From positions 434,001-498,000 of the forward strand of contig NW_003314296.1 of the NCBI RefSeq assembly GCF_000143415.4: DNA of 64,000 nt. Direction: 5' to 3'. This stretch comes from Selaginella moellendorffii. Taxonomy: Eukaryota; Plantae; Lycopodiophyta. The position numbers were made by a program, and so were the translations under genes. The notes under the pieces are model-generated. The model saw nothing but the letters and a program-made list of their open reading frames with translations, did no database searches and had not been told where the DNA came from. This document shows, piece by piece, positions 12,576 through 23,905 of the stretch; the stretch's first letter is position 1, and every line of letters starts with the position of its first letter.

Positions 12576-13217
12576 AGAAGGAAAAAACAAACTAATCAGA
12601 TTTGGTGAATCGCTATTGGCTGTGCCTTCGTGGGGACGTCCCTCAGCCTCGAAAGCTCATCACTCTGACGACGCTGGCGCATCTTCACCATCTCCGAGTT
12701 CTTCGCTCTTTGGCTGCCTGAAAATTCCAGTGGAAGCAAAAAACTAGAACGCACATTTCACACCGCGCCGCTGCTGTGGCGCTCCCGCCCTATTGCAGCA
12801 CGCAATCATCTAAGAAAAAATACACCACTTCTGTCCTCTTTCAATTAGCGCGCCGTGCCTTGACAAGCCAGTATGACCCGAGCACACCCCCAAAACAAAT
12901 CTAGCAAAGAATGAAAGACGGAGACGAGGAGTCCAGATTCCAGAATTAGTCAAGATTAACTTCAACGAACTTCAATTGGTCAACACTTTTTGACCAAATT
13001 CCACTGTAATCGAATTTGGTTTCTTGATGGAATGACTAAAATAAACGTTTGTGGTTGCTCGTATGACGTGGTAGCCTCCACGACCTGAGTTCCATAACAA
13101 CATGTTATAATCACCTGAAAGGAAAAGAAGAAAATTTAAGCTTTAAGAAGTGGTATAAAATAGGACTTAAATAAAAATTAGGGAGAAATACTTTACCTTA
13201 ACTCCCAAAGGTTCTCT
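12576..13217. repeat. Copy 2 of the ~600-bp duplication, abutting a Copia fragment
   Basis: See 8033-8647. Confidence 0.9.
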
Positions 13218-14960
13218 TATTTCTTTGGAGGGGCTCTTTTTGAACATGGTAGCACAATCCAAGGTAAGTAGTACCACAAAGGTACCTGAAGATGCGTTTC
13301 ACCGCTGCCCAATGTTGAGATCCAGGATTAGCCAGGAATTGGCTAACTTTGCTCACGGCAAAAGAAATATCTGGGCGCCTACAAACAGCTGGATACATGA
13401 GGCTGCCAACAGCTTGTCTGTAAGGGATGGAGTCCATGGCTCTCTTGTCGTCCTCTGTCTCAGGAGACATGGCTCGGGAAAGTTGGCAGCCTGGTTCCAT
13501 TGGTGTCGCCACTAGATTAGAGCTTGTCATAGAAAACCTGGCCAGCATCTCTTCTATATACTTGGCTTGGTGATGCGTTGAGAGCGATCATGCACAACTT
13601 CCATGCCAAGAAAGTAGGGAGCCAAGAGTTTTCATCTCGAATTGGCTGCAAAGATCTCGCTTATCCTGGAGAAACAGTAAGCAATGATTATGGGTGACAA
13701 GAGTATCATCAACATAAAGAGCGATGATCACAAATGATTCACCGTCCACCCAAATATAAAGATTCGGGTCTGCCTCGCTACGGGAAAGGCCCACACTTAG
13801 TATAAAATCGTCAAAGCGTTTGTACCGGTGCTTGTTTCAAGCTGTAGACAGCTTTCTTGAGAAGCCAGAGATGATCCTCTTTTCCAGCGGCTAGAAATCC
13901 TTCTGGCTGTGCCATATAGATTTCTTCTTCAAGCTCGCCATAAAGAAACGCCGTGGTCACATCTGTTCCAGATCAAAGTCTCCCACCGCAGCAAAATTAA
14001 TCAAGGAACGAAGAGTAGAATGCTTAACCATTGAAGCGAAGGTGTCGTTGTAGTCAAGTCCAGGAACTTGCGAGCATCCTTTCGCCACCAATCGCGCCTG
14101 GCAATTGGAAGGCACAGTAGGAACAAGAACATGTGTCTCGTTCTTGTGCTGTGAAGAAATCTCGGCTTCCTTTGCTACACGCCAGTAAGACGCTTCCTGT
14201 GAGGCCATGGCTTCTCCATAGGCCCTCGGAACAGTAGGAGTCCCAGCTGCACGAGATGAGACCATTGCCTCGATGAGACGCTCAGTAGGCCGCCTTGTGC
14301 GGATCGATCTGCGTGGAGGATTTGGAGGAGGCGGCGGCATTGGTGGTGTTGGAGTAGAAGCGGGTTGATGCGTAGCGGCACAGTGATCGTGCCGACAGTC
14401 AACTGGTCTTGTTCCGCTTCAACGTCATTTTCTTCGGTCAGGGTAGGTCTGGATGTGGAAGGAAGAAACGAATTCTCGTTGAAAACCACATCTCTGCTCA
14501 GGATCTCCTGCTTCGTGATTGGATTCCAGAGACGATAGGCTTTGTGATCGAGGCTGTAGCCCACAAACACAGCCTGCTGGCTCTTGGGGTCCAATTTCTT
14601 GCGCATTCCATCACACTCACACCCGAATATTCTCAGATGCGTAACTGTAGGTTCTTGCCAGTTGCCACTCCATGCTTCTTCAGGAGTGATGCCAGCGAGC
14701 GCAGAGGTGGGGAGCCGGTTGTTCGCCGTCAAGACAGCGTGAAACCAGAAGCTTAAACCACTGGAAAGTCACTAGCGTGCGATTCTTGTGCTTAGCTACG
14801 CCATTCTGTTGTGGAGTCTCTCGCGTTGTAAGTTCTCGCACAATCCCACCTTGCTCACACAGCTGGTTGAAAGCATTGGAAGTGAATTCGCCTCCATCAT
14901 CACTTCTCAATCGCTTAAGCATTTTCCCAGTTTGTGTTTCTCCCAGTCTGGAAGTAGTGT
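13198..14960 (-). mobile_element. Ty1/Copia pol fragment (integrase-RT), frameshifted
   Basis: LKRLRSDDGGEFTS..TPQQNGVA; KLDPKS..FVGYSLDHKAYRLW; ARLVAKGCSQVPGLDY; LYVDD; PYRQAVGSLMY..RPDISFAVS. Confidence 0.95.
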
Positions 14961-15123
14961 AACGATCGGGATTTGCGAGCCATAGTGTAGATCATAGTGT
15001 GACGACTGTAGTCATCTATGAAACAGAGAGCCTTGGGCAAATTCCACGCAGTGCTGGAGGGGCGAGAATTCCATTGCATTGCAAGGGTGCAAAGGAAGCA
15101 TGGGAGGTCATGAAACAGGCTTA

Positions 15124-15457
15124 CCAGATCCCTTCAAAATCCCATCACATTTTTCTATGGAAGCAGCTTCATGCACTGGTGATGGCTGAAGGGGACAACC
15201 TCAAGGATCATCTTGCTGCTGTGCGAACAATCCTAAATGATCTTAAGGATGTGGGAGCAAGCATAAAGGATAGAGGAAGTGTGATGAGCACCAGTTCTGC
15301 TTCTTCTTCATCCTCTATATTTGCTTCCCCATCCTTCAGATCATCTAGGATTGTTTGCACAGCAGCAAGATGATCCTTGAGGTCGTCCCCTTCAGCCATC
15401 ACGAGTGCATGAAGCTGCTTCTATAGAAAAATGCAATAGGATGTTGAAGGGATTTGG
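15124..15457. repeat. Fold-back inverted repeat of Copia gag (UBN2-type) sequence
   Basis: Arms ~15124-15278 and ~15300-15457 are reverse complements; both encode LVMAEGDxLKDHLAAVxTIL. Confidence 0.92.
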
Positions 15458-15690
15458 TGCACAGTCAGATTTGAGGTGGTGGATTTGGAGGCAGATTTGT
15501 AGGAACAATGGCTGCCAGATGCCCAATCCCACCACTCGTTCAAGTCTAGGTCCAGGTTCTTAGTCGTCCAGTGCCTCTAAGAGCACTTGATTAGGGCATG
15601 CCTCTGTCTACGTAGACGGAGGCCCTGATTCACCCTAGCAAGTGTTGCTCTGATCCTACGGTTTCGAATTCTTCTCGCTCTCTAGGCATT

Positions 15691-15702
15691 GCTCCAATAC
15701 CA
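15691..15702 (-). promoter_or_regulatory. Probable Copia PBS
   Basis: The reverse strand reads tggtattggagc upstream of the minus-strand gag remnant. Confidence 0.5.
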
Positions 15703-16429
15703 TCTAACGAAAGATGAAACCGTACAATGGAAATGTACATATGTACTGTTGGTCTTGACTGCCCGAATGCGTTCAGAGAAAAATAAAAAACTTAAATTGT
15801 GCCCTAAATAATTCTAGCGATTGCAACAATTGGATTCTAGCAATTTAGCACAGTTGAACAATAGCATCTAGCAATTCTAACATAGTTAAACAATGGCACT
15901 TGATTAGGTATGGTCCCATGTTGCCAAGTTGTCTGCTTATGCTTTTTGTAAAGGAATTGAGCATTGGAGGTTTGCTTATGCTTCCCGCAAAAGAGTTGAG
16001 CATTGGAGATTTAATTATTTGTGGAAAAATGTATAGTGATTTTCCAAAATGAATTAAAGTGCATTTTATAAAAAATTTTGAGTATGATATTGAAGTATGT
16101 AGTGTTTCAAATATTCCTCTTCATGTCCAAGAACAAATTTATTAAATGTTTATGAAGAAAATCACAAATACCCCTTTAGCATCAATCAAAAAAAAATTGT
16201 GAACTAGTGGGCCATTCACGGTTATAACCACAATCAGCCAATCAATCAATTGCCATTCAAAATAGTCAAAACCAACTTTATGTGTGACACAATGAACCAG
16301 TGAAGACTCATGTCTCTCCACATGGATTAGCCACTTTCTGCAACCACTAGATATAGGTGTATAGACACCATAAAAGACACTAGACTACTATATATCTACT
16401 CTTGTTTTTCAAGTGTTTGAGGTGCTTGT

Positions 16430-17750
16430 GTCATGCTGAGATGGAGTATAGCTTCCATGGGGGTTCAACTCAGCTAATGCAAACTTAGCAAGGATCTCCT
16501 CCATATCCTTATGTTGAGATCTTAATGCTGAATTGAGCTGCATTGCCTGAGATCTTAATGCCTAAGCAAAAAAAAGCAGGGCTGGGATCCACCATCTTGA
16601 AGCGTGCTTGAAGCTCACGTTTAAACTGTTGTGATATTTTTCTTGTAAGACCAAAGAGGAGACAGTCATCCACATATAGAGCAAATCAAACTTTTAAACT
16701 TGTGTAGATAGACATTTGTGTCACTTGAAGTGTTAAAGAAAGCCAATAGAAAGGAGATAACTATTCATCTTGGCATACCATTGCCTTGGAGATTGCTTCA
16801 GTCCATATAAAGCCTTCTTAAGCACTCCTGGCGCTCCTGGCCTGGGACAATATATCCTTCTGGCTGAAGAACATGAACTTCCTCATTGAGATTGCTATAG
16901 AGAAATGGTGTAGTGACATCAAGCTCCTCCACTTTGAATGCTCTTGGGCAGCAAGATTAATTAGCATGCAGATGGAGGCATCTTCACAACTATAAAGAAC
17001 ATTTCATTGTAATCTGAGAATAACCTTTTGTTACTAATCTGGCCTTATATTTGACAATACTACTGTCCATGTGAAAAATTCACATCATCTTGATTGGCTT
17101 CCTAACTTCGGGTAAATCAACAAGCTCTGAAGTATCATTCTCCATCAGGGATGAGTACTCCAAATTTGCAGCTGCCTGTCGCTGCTATCACTTTGGACTG
17201 GAGAAAGCTTTCATGCAAATTCTTGGGGGCTAGAATATCTTGCCCTTCAGAGAAGAGTAGTTGAAAAACTGGGGAGGAAGCTTGAGGATGGTTTGCTTTA
17301 ATGTTGGAAGAGCAGAAGGATAGTAAAAAGCATCGGAGTTGCTAGGATCAATCTGGGCATGGTCCCTAGCTTGAGCTTGTGGAGTTTGGTAGATCTGTGA
17401 GGTTGAGGATGCTAAGTACTCCCATCTAAGCCTAACTCCCCTAGGTCATGCACTCCCGAGGCTGCATGACCTGTGAGCTGCCACAGTGCCTCCAGTAGTA
17501 AGAGTGGAGTTGCACTTCCAATACCGAATAGTGCTACAAGTGCTCCCACCCTAGAAGCAGAGTTGTCTTCTTCTCTGTCATTGTTAATTGCCACAAACTG
17601 TTGACACTTGACTGGGGGCTCGATGGCTGTGGGAAGACTGGGAGTAAGATAAGTCAGAGGCTCACACATCATGATTGGGGAAGATTTTTGAACTGGAAAG
17701 GCTGTTGAACTTATAAGCCTTCATGTGGTCACCATAACCAATAAACTTCA
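16430..17750 (-). mobile_element. Second, older Ty1/Copia pol remnant
   Basis: Minus-strand reading gives KFIGYGDHMKAYKF (~17705-17749), VKYKARLVTKGYSQI (~17010-17056) and [44 protein letters not shown] (~16770-16930). Confidence 0.85.
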
Positions 17751-17769
17751 GGTTAGAAAGAGCTGGAGA

Positions 17770-19950
17770 ATGTATACGATCGAGGCATATGCCTCAAGGA
17801 TCCGCGAGTGTGGGAGCCTCAAATCTCTCCAAGACGCTAGGGACCTGCACGGGCATCTCGCCAGCTATGGCTTCGATCGCCACACCTACCTGGGCAATCT
17901 CCTGGTGAGAATGTATGGCGACTGTGGCAGCATCCAAGACGCCCGCGCTGCCTTCGAAAGGATCATCGATCGCAATGTCTATTCCTGGACGATCCTTCTC
18001 GCTGCCACGCTCCAATCGGCTGGATTCCACCACGCTGGGGCGCTGTTCCAGCGAATGCCGTGCCGGAATCTCGTGTCCTGGAACTCGATGCTCACGGCCT
18101 GTGCCCAGAGCTGCGAGATCCATGACGCCGAGAGGATCTTCTCGTCGATGCTGGAGAGGGATGTGGTGTCCTGGAACGCGATGCTCGTTGCCTACATCCA
18201 CAGCGGAGATCTCCGCCGCGCCCTGGCAATCTTCGATGCGATGAGGGAGAGGAATGTCACGTCCTGGAATTTCATCGTCACAGCGTGCGCGCAGCACGAC
18301 GATCTCCTCCAGGCCTGCCAGATCTTCGACCGGATGCCGCTCAGGAACGTCGTGTCTTGGAACGCGATCGTCGCTGCCTATGCCGAGAGCGGCGAGCTGC
18401 CTCGGGCGAAATTTCTCTTCGATCTCTCGCCCGAGGCCAATGTCTTCTCCTGGACGATCCTGATCACTTGCTACGGCGAGAATCAGGAGCTGGACTGGGC
18501 AAGAACGATGTTCTTGAGGATGCCGTGCCGAAATATCGTCTCCTGGAACGCGATCCTGACGGCCTACGCATCGATCGGGGACATGGACCAGGCGACGCGC
18601 TGCTTGGACGCGATGCCTGAGCGGGATCTGGTGTCCTGGAACGCGACGATCTCCGGATTCGTCCAGATCGGCCGCTTCCTCGATGCCAAAGCCCTGTTTG
18701 AGAGATTTCCTGCGACCGACATCGTTTCTTGGAACGCGATTCTTACCGCCGAGGCCGAGGCGCGCGATACGGCCGCCGCGAAGGAGCTCTTTGACGATCT
18801 ACCAAAGGCGGACATTGTGTCTTGGCACATCTTGATCGCTGCGTTTGCCCAGAATGGCGACCTGGACTCCTCAAGAACCCTATTCTCAAGAATGTGTAAG
18901 TGGACAATATTTTCTTGGAACGTGATGGTCGCGGCGTACGGACAAAATGGCCAGATCGAACAGTCGGAAATTACCTTTAGGAAAATGGACGGGCGAGATC
19001 TGGTAAGCTGGAATGCCATGGTAGCGGCATATGCCCAGAACGGGTACTTTGACCATGCTGAAAGATTCTTTGATCTAATGCCACGGAGGGACGTGGTTTC
19101 GTGGAACTCTATGGTTTCGGGATTGATAAACCTTGGAGAGATTGACGTGGCAAGGGAGAGATTTTTCGATCAAATGCCCCAAAAGAACGTTGTCTCGTGG
19201 AACATGATGATATCGGCATATTCCGGGGACGATAGAAACGATGAGGCGCTGGCGCTATTTCGCGCCATGGATGTGTCCCCGGATCGAGTCACATTCGCGG
19301 TGGCGCTGGAGATTTGTGCGAATCTTTCCGACGTGGAGCAGGGCAAAGAGATCCACCGCCGCATCACAGAGGGAGGTCGGGGTTTCGAATCCCACCCCCA
19401 AATCGAGACCGCCCTGCTAAACATGTATGCCCAGTGTGGGGATATCTCCCTCACCAGCTCCATCTTTGAGGAGCTGTCCAGGCGGGATTTGACGGCGTGG
19501 AACGCGATGATCCACGGGTACGCGCGAATTGGCGAGCTGGGATCGATGCTAGAGGTGTTCTTCCGGATGCTGCTCGAAGGAATCGGCCCCAATTTCGCGA
19601 GCCTCGTGTCGATTGTGTCGGCGTGCAGCCATGGCGGGATGTTTGACGAGGGATTCGCGTTTTTCCGGGGAATTCTCAAGGATTTTGGTGTGAACCTCGT
19701 GATCGATCACTACATTTGTATGATTGACCTCCTGGGACGATCCGGCCAGATCGATCGAGCACAAGAACTCGTCCTAGACATGCCGTACGAGGCCGATGGA
19801 GTCGCGTGGAGAGCATTGCTCTCGTCTTGTATCGTACAAGGGGACGAAGAGAGGGCCCAGAGAGCCGCAGGACTAATCTCGGCCGTCGATCCCCGGCATC
19901 CAACGACTTACATTTTGCTAGCCAATGTGTATGCTACGGCCTTCGTGTAG
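17770..19950 (+). CDS. PLS-class PPR protein, S/SS-motif rich, E domain, no DYW
   Basis: A long run of tandem 31-aa RxxVSWNxM..AY repeats, then VSACSHGG, HYICMIDLLGRSG, WRALLSSC and YILLANVY. The first ATG is at 17770; the upstream part of the ORF is antisense Copia sequence. Confidence 0.93.
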   Translation: MYTIEAYASRIRECGSLKSLQDARDLHGHLASYGFDRHTYLGNLLVRMYGDCGSIQDARAAFERIIDRNVYSWTILLAATLQSAGFHHAGALFQRMPCRNLVSWNSMLTACAQSCEIHDAERIFSSMLERDVVSWNAMLVAYIHSGDLRRALAIFDAMRERNVTSWNFIVTACAQHDDLLQACQIFDRMPLRNVVSWNAIVAAYAESGELPRAKFLFDLSPEANVFSWTILITCYGENQELDWARTMFLRMPCRNIVSWNAILTAYASIGDMDQATRCLDAMPERDLVSWNATISGFVQIGRFLDAKALFERFPATDIVSWNAILTAEAEARDTAAAKELFDDLPKADIVSWHILIAAFAQNGDLDSSRTLFSRMCKWTIFSWNVMVAAYGQNGQIEQSEITFRKMDGRDLVSWNAMVAAYAQNGYFDHAERFFDLMPRRDVVSWNSMVSGLINLGEIDVARERFFDQMPQKNVVSWNMMISAYSGDDRNDEALALFRAMDVSPDRVTFAVALEICANLSDVEQGKEIHRRITEGGRGFESHPQIETALLNMYAQCGDISLTSSIFEELSRRDLTAWNAMIHGYARIGELGSMLEVFFRMLLEGIGPNFASLVSIVSACSHGGMFDEGFAFFRGILKDFGVNLVIDHYICMIDLLGRSGQIDRAQELVLDMPYEADGVAWRALLSSCIVQGDEERAQRAAGLISAVDPRHPTTYILLANVYATAFV

Positions 19951-20106
19951 GTGTGGAAAACTGCCACGTAGTCACGGCTCCTATTGGGCAGTGCCAGATA
20001 CCAAACTCCACGTCAGCGTTTGGGATTTATTTCGAGGTCTTTTCGAGCTCTTCCTCGATCGATGGGATGGGGACGATGATCTGAGGCGCAAGGAAAAGAA
20101 TGCGCC

Positions 20107-22736
20107 ATGGCCACTGCTGCTACTGCTGCTGTGAATTGCAGTCTCTACAAACCCGGTGTGGCGTCGGGGGCCAGGATCTCAGGTAAGTTCTCTCGCTCGT
20201 TGTCCAGCACGAAATTCATGGCTAAATCCGCAGATTTCCTGGGAATCGGCCCATGGAGCCGTTGTAAGTCATCTTGCTTCTAGCTCGGACAAGCTTGCCG
20301 CGAGATGGAGGGCTTTCATCCAGGAAACAAGGGAATTCACAGCAGTGGTTTGAGATTCGTCGATGAAGTACTTGCCGATGATGTCTCATCCAGTGCTGGA
20401 GCATCAAATTTTCCAGGAGATGATGCCTCTAGTCTTTCTTCTGGGACTGGAGCGATGGATTTGCCAGAGGTTGCCAGTGACAGCGATTTGCCCAAGCCCG
20501 GGATTTTTTCCAGTGATGCAGTGGAAGCTCCTCAGCTGGAAGCACCACCCCAAGGTGGCGATGACTTGATACCAGACTTTTCATTGGCTCCTGGCGAAGA
20601 GAGCCAAGGTGGTGGTGTTCTAGACGTACCGGATGGAGGAGAGCTGGGTGGAAATCCATTATCTTCGGCCGCGAAGGAGGCCTCCGATGCGTTGAAAGGC
20701 GCGGCTGAGGATGTCTCGAGCACACTGTCCTCAATCCAAGAGAGTGGCGCGAACTTCTTCGGTGGGATCAGGGACTCCATCACAGGATCTATAAACAAGG
20801 CTGAGAACTCCATCCAGGACGCGTATGACAGTATCAACGGATCCATCTTGAGGGTGATAAAGGGAGCTGGCGAGAAGGTTGATGATCAGCCGTCGTCGAA
20901 TCCCCCCGGTCTTTCGATAGATCTTACGAGTCCCTTTCGGACTGGAACTCCCGTCAACAATGCGCTCAAGGAGGTCGTCATATTCGTGAAGAATGGCGTT
21001 GGAGGAGTTGGCCATGCTGTGTCGGACGTGTACAGCTTAGCGAAAGGCTCTGCGCCATCGGAAGTACAGAACGCCTTGAGCAGTGCGGAGCAAAACGTTT
21101 TTGCGCCATTGAGTTCAGTACTACATCAGGTATTTTATGATTTCTCTTTCTCTCTCTAGTTCATGCTTTGGAACAATGCACAGGCTTTTGATGCTGCTGT
21201 GAGCTTGGAAAAAGCCGTGGGTATTGATCCCGAAAATCCTATCATTCCGATATTTCTGGTTGGAGGTGGAAGTGCTTACCTGGGGTAAGAAGTTTGTAAA
21301 TGCAACACTGAAAGAAATCGAGTGGCTTGCTTTTCCAGGTTTTTACTTTGGGACTCGAAGTATGGTGGTTATGCTGGCGATCTTTCGGCAGATACTGTGT
21401 TTGACATGCTTAAAAAGGAGAAGGTTGTGCTCGTCGACGTACGGCCGCAGGTTAGCTCAAACTCTTGATTATTGGGGTGTTCATTCTGTCGCCAAAACTC
21501 CAGGAATTAAAAGAGCGAGATGGTGTTCCGGACGTCAGAAGAGGAGCTCGATTTAAGCTTGCGAGCATTACTGGCCTGGAGGTAAGCGGATATATATGCA
21601 TATATCTTTATTCCTGATGCATACAAATTTCAGTTCAGGTAGAGCGTCCTGTGCGAGATCTCTTGAGAAGTGCAGATGATGTAAATAGCTTGCTAACAGC
21701 AACCTTGATTTGCAACTTGAGAAACGTCACGGTGGGTAGCAATCGGATCTAAACCTCCATTTCTAACTCTTTCTTACTGCAATACAGTCCACCTCAAAGG
21801 TTGTTGTCATGGACGCTGATGGTACTCAATCGAAGAAAATTGCAAAAGCATTGAGAAAAGTCGGGATAAGAGTAGGCATCGCCGGTTTGATCTCTCTCTC
21901 CCACTGACGTTGCAATTTTGCATGTAGAGATCGTATCGTCTAGAGGGTGGATTTGCTGCCTGGCTGAAAACCGGCCTAGGACAAAAGCCTGGAGGACAAG
22001 AAACACCACTCAGAATTCTTAAGGAGGTTCGTATTTCAACGCGAGTTGTCCTGCTGTGCGGTAACAAAGATTTGTCGTGCCAGGAAACCGAGGCAGTTGT
22101 AGAGGAACTCAAACCAGCTGGAATAGCTGCTATAGCTGTGGTCAGTGGTTATGTTTTCAAGCTCTTAAGATCCTATTCTTATCACGCTGCTTGAATGCAG
22201 GGATCTGTTGCTTCTATTTATGCTTTGTCTGGTAAGAAGAAAGAAATTACTCCATTGGTAATATCCATCTATCTTGGCAGAGTGGGAGAAAACTCTTCAA
22301 TTGCTTGGAGTGATTGCTATCGTACAGGTTAAACCGAAAAACGATTTGATTCGAGCGACAATTTTGTATAACCGGTGCTTCTTTTGTAGTTAATCTATCA
22401 ACGACTTGAGTCATACGAGAGTGCAGACGACTTTGCCGCTGATCTGAGGTAGAAATGGAGCTTTTTTCCCTTGCAGCTCTAAAAGTCTCTGCATTGTTTT
22501 TTGTTTTGTCCAGAGTTTTGCAAGCGCCACTCAGAGTTGTTCTTCAGTGGCTTGGAGGACAGCCCAGGACAAGTAAACTGGAGTTGGCAACCTCTCCATC
22601 AACAACAGCCGTGCAGGACAGAGTGGTGCAAGCTGCTGCAAAGCATGGGTCTAAGCCAGATGAGTCTCAAGCCCAGGAACAAGAACAGGATGCTACATTC
22701 ACTCAAGAAGGCCCAAGCATAGCACAAGATGCTTAG
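20107..22736 (+). CDS. Chloroplast CAS-like rhodanese-domain thylakoid protein (resembles Arabidopsis At3g59780), multi-exon
   Basis: The spliced reading gives YGGYAGDLS..VLVDVRP..RDGVPDVRRGARFK..KVVVMDADG..EGGFAAW..EWEKTLQLLGVI..LATSPSTTAVQDRVVQAAAKH. Transit-peptide-like start MATAATAAVNCS, with short GT-AG introns. Confidence 0.85.
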
Positions 22737-22856
22737 AGTGATTGTGTTCCTAAGAAGTAAGAAAAATCCATTGATTACATATCTCAATGCGCTTTTGTCT
22801 TAACTTTAGAGTGATTTTATTCCTAAGAAGTAAGAAAAATCCATCGATCACATATT
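22733..22856 (+). repeat. ~50-bp direct duplication spanning the stop codon and 3' UTR
   Basis: ttagagtgattgtgttcctaagaagtaagaaaaatccattgattacatat and ttagagtgattttattcctaagaagtaagaaaaatccatcgatcacatat. Confidence 0.85.
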
Positions 22857-22992
22857 TTTGTCCTTGAGAGGACAAAGGACACAAACACAAAATGTGTTTC
22901 ACCTCCAAGTTCGCAGCCAGTTCTTTTCGATCTTCCTCAAGCATTTCTCTTGTGTTTGTTTCTACAAGGGCTTCTTCTCCTTTGGCAAAAGC

Positions 22993-23501
22993 ATGGTTGT
23001 CTTCTTCCTTCTCCTTCTTCTTGTTGGTGTGTTTGATGAAGTATCGTCATCGCAGAAGCTAAGAATCGTTTCAACGTCTTCCAAAGTTGTTTCAATCGAC
23101 AAGAATGGGTCTGCGATTCTAGCAAACTTAAAGGATGGGGACGACGCTCAGGTTTTCGTTCTTCCTTTCTTGTTCGTTTCTCTGTCTCACATTTACGTTT
23201 CCTGTTGTTTAGATCTGGGAGCAATCGTTTCGTTTGGGCCGCTTCCAGGATGCTTATGGTGGCTTTGGATTCGCTCTGATGAATGAAAGGAGCGGTCTTT
23301 ACCTGCGTCATGGAATAGCACCCAAGGAAGTGGTAAGATTCTCACTTCTATGCTTTTTTTCGAATAGGAAGTTCACTTATATGTTTTCTTACCACAAACA
23401 TCTTCCTGTGCTTGTCAAACACAAACGGGAACACTCTGGACGTCCAAGACTGCCATCCCGATCGGCTGACTGATCAGCTCTGGCAGCTCCAGAAAGTGTG
23501 A
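22993..23501 (+). CDS. Euonymus-lectin (EUL, ricin-B-like) protein with signal peptide; 3' part probably damaged
   Basis: Exon 1 22993-23151 plus exon 2 23213-23332 give MVVFFLLLLLVG..GSAILANLKDGDDAQ/IWEQ..GFALMNERSGLYLRHG, matching the EUL pattern VILA..D..DEAQHW..FALVNKATG..KHS. Downstream DQLWQL resembles NQLWKI. Confidence 0.6.
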
Positions 23502-23905
23502 GATCCAGCATCTTATCCATCGTTTCTATCTTCCCGGAGCCTCTAGACAGTCTTTCGTTTCCAAGAATGAATACAAAAGTTAATAGAAATTACAGTCAGT
23601 GTTCTACTGCCGCTGTGAGCTGAAATGCTTCTCTTAGGAGCAATAGCCACCAGCAGCAGCACAAAGCTTCAGTAGTAGTAACAGAAGTCTGTCTATCTGC
23701 AATTATAAATATACTATGTCGTGAGGAAGATCACGATTCACGTACCTATGAGTTCCTGTCTGCTGTGTGAGTGTTTTGTAGCTTCGCGAGCAAGGACGTA
23801 TAGTGTATATATCCTTTACCTTATTGTGACCTGCCAGGGAAAGCTCGACGTTAGACAAAGTTTCTGGGAACTAAAGCAGATGAAATTGCTTACCGGTTGT
23901 GTCAG

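Noticed and set aside
20107-22736. Calling this gene CAS itself
   Set aside because: The long N-terminus and the C-terminal EWEKTLQ..TSPS..QAAAKH fit the CAS-like paralog better, so the symbol is withheld.
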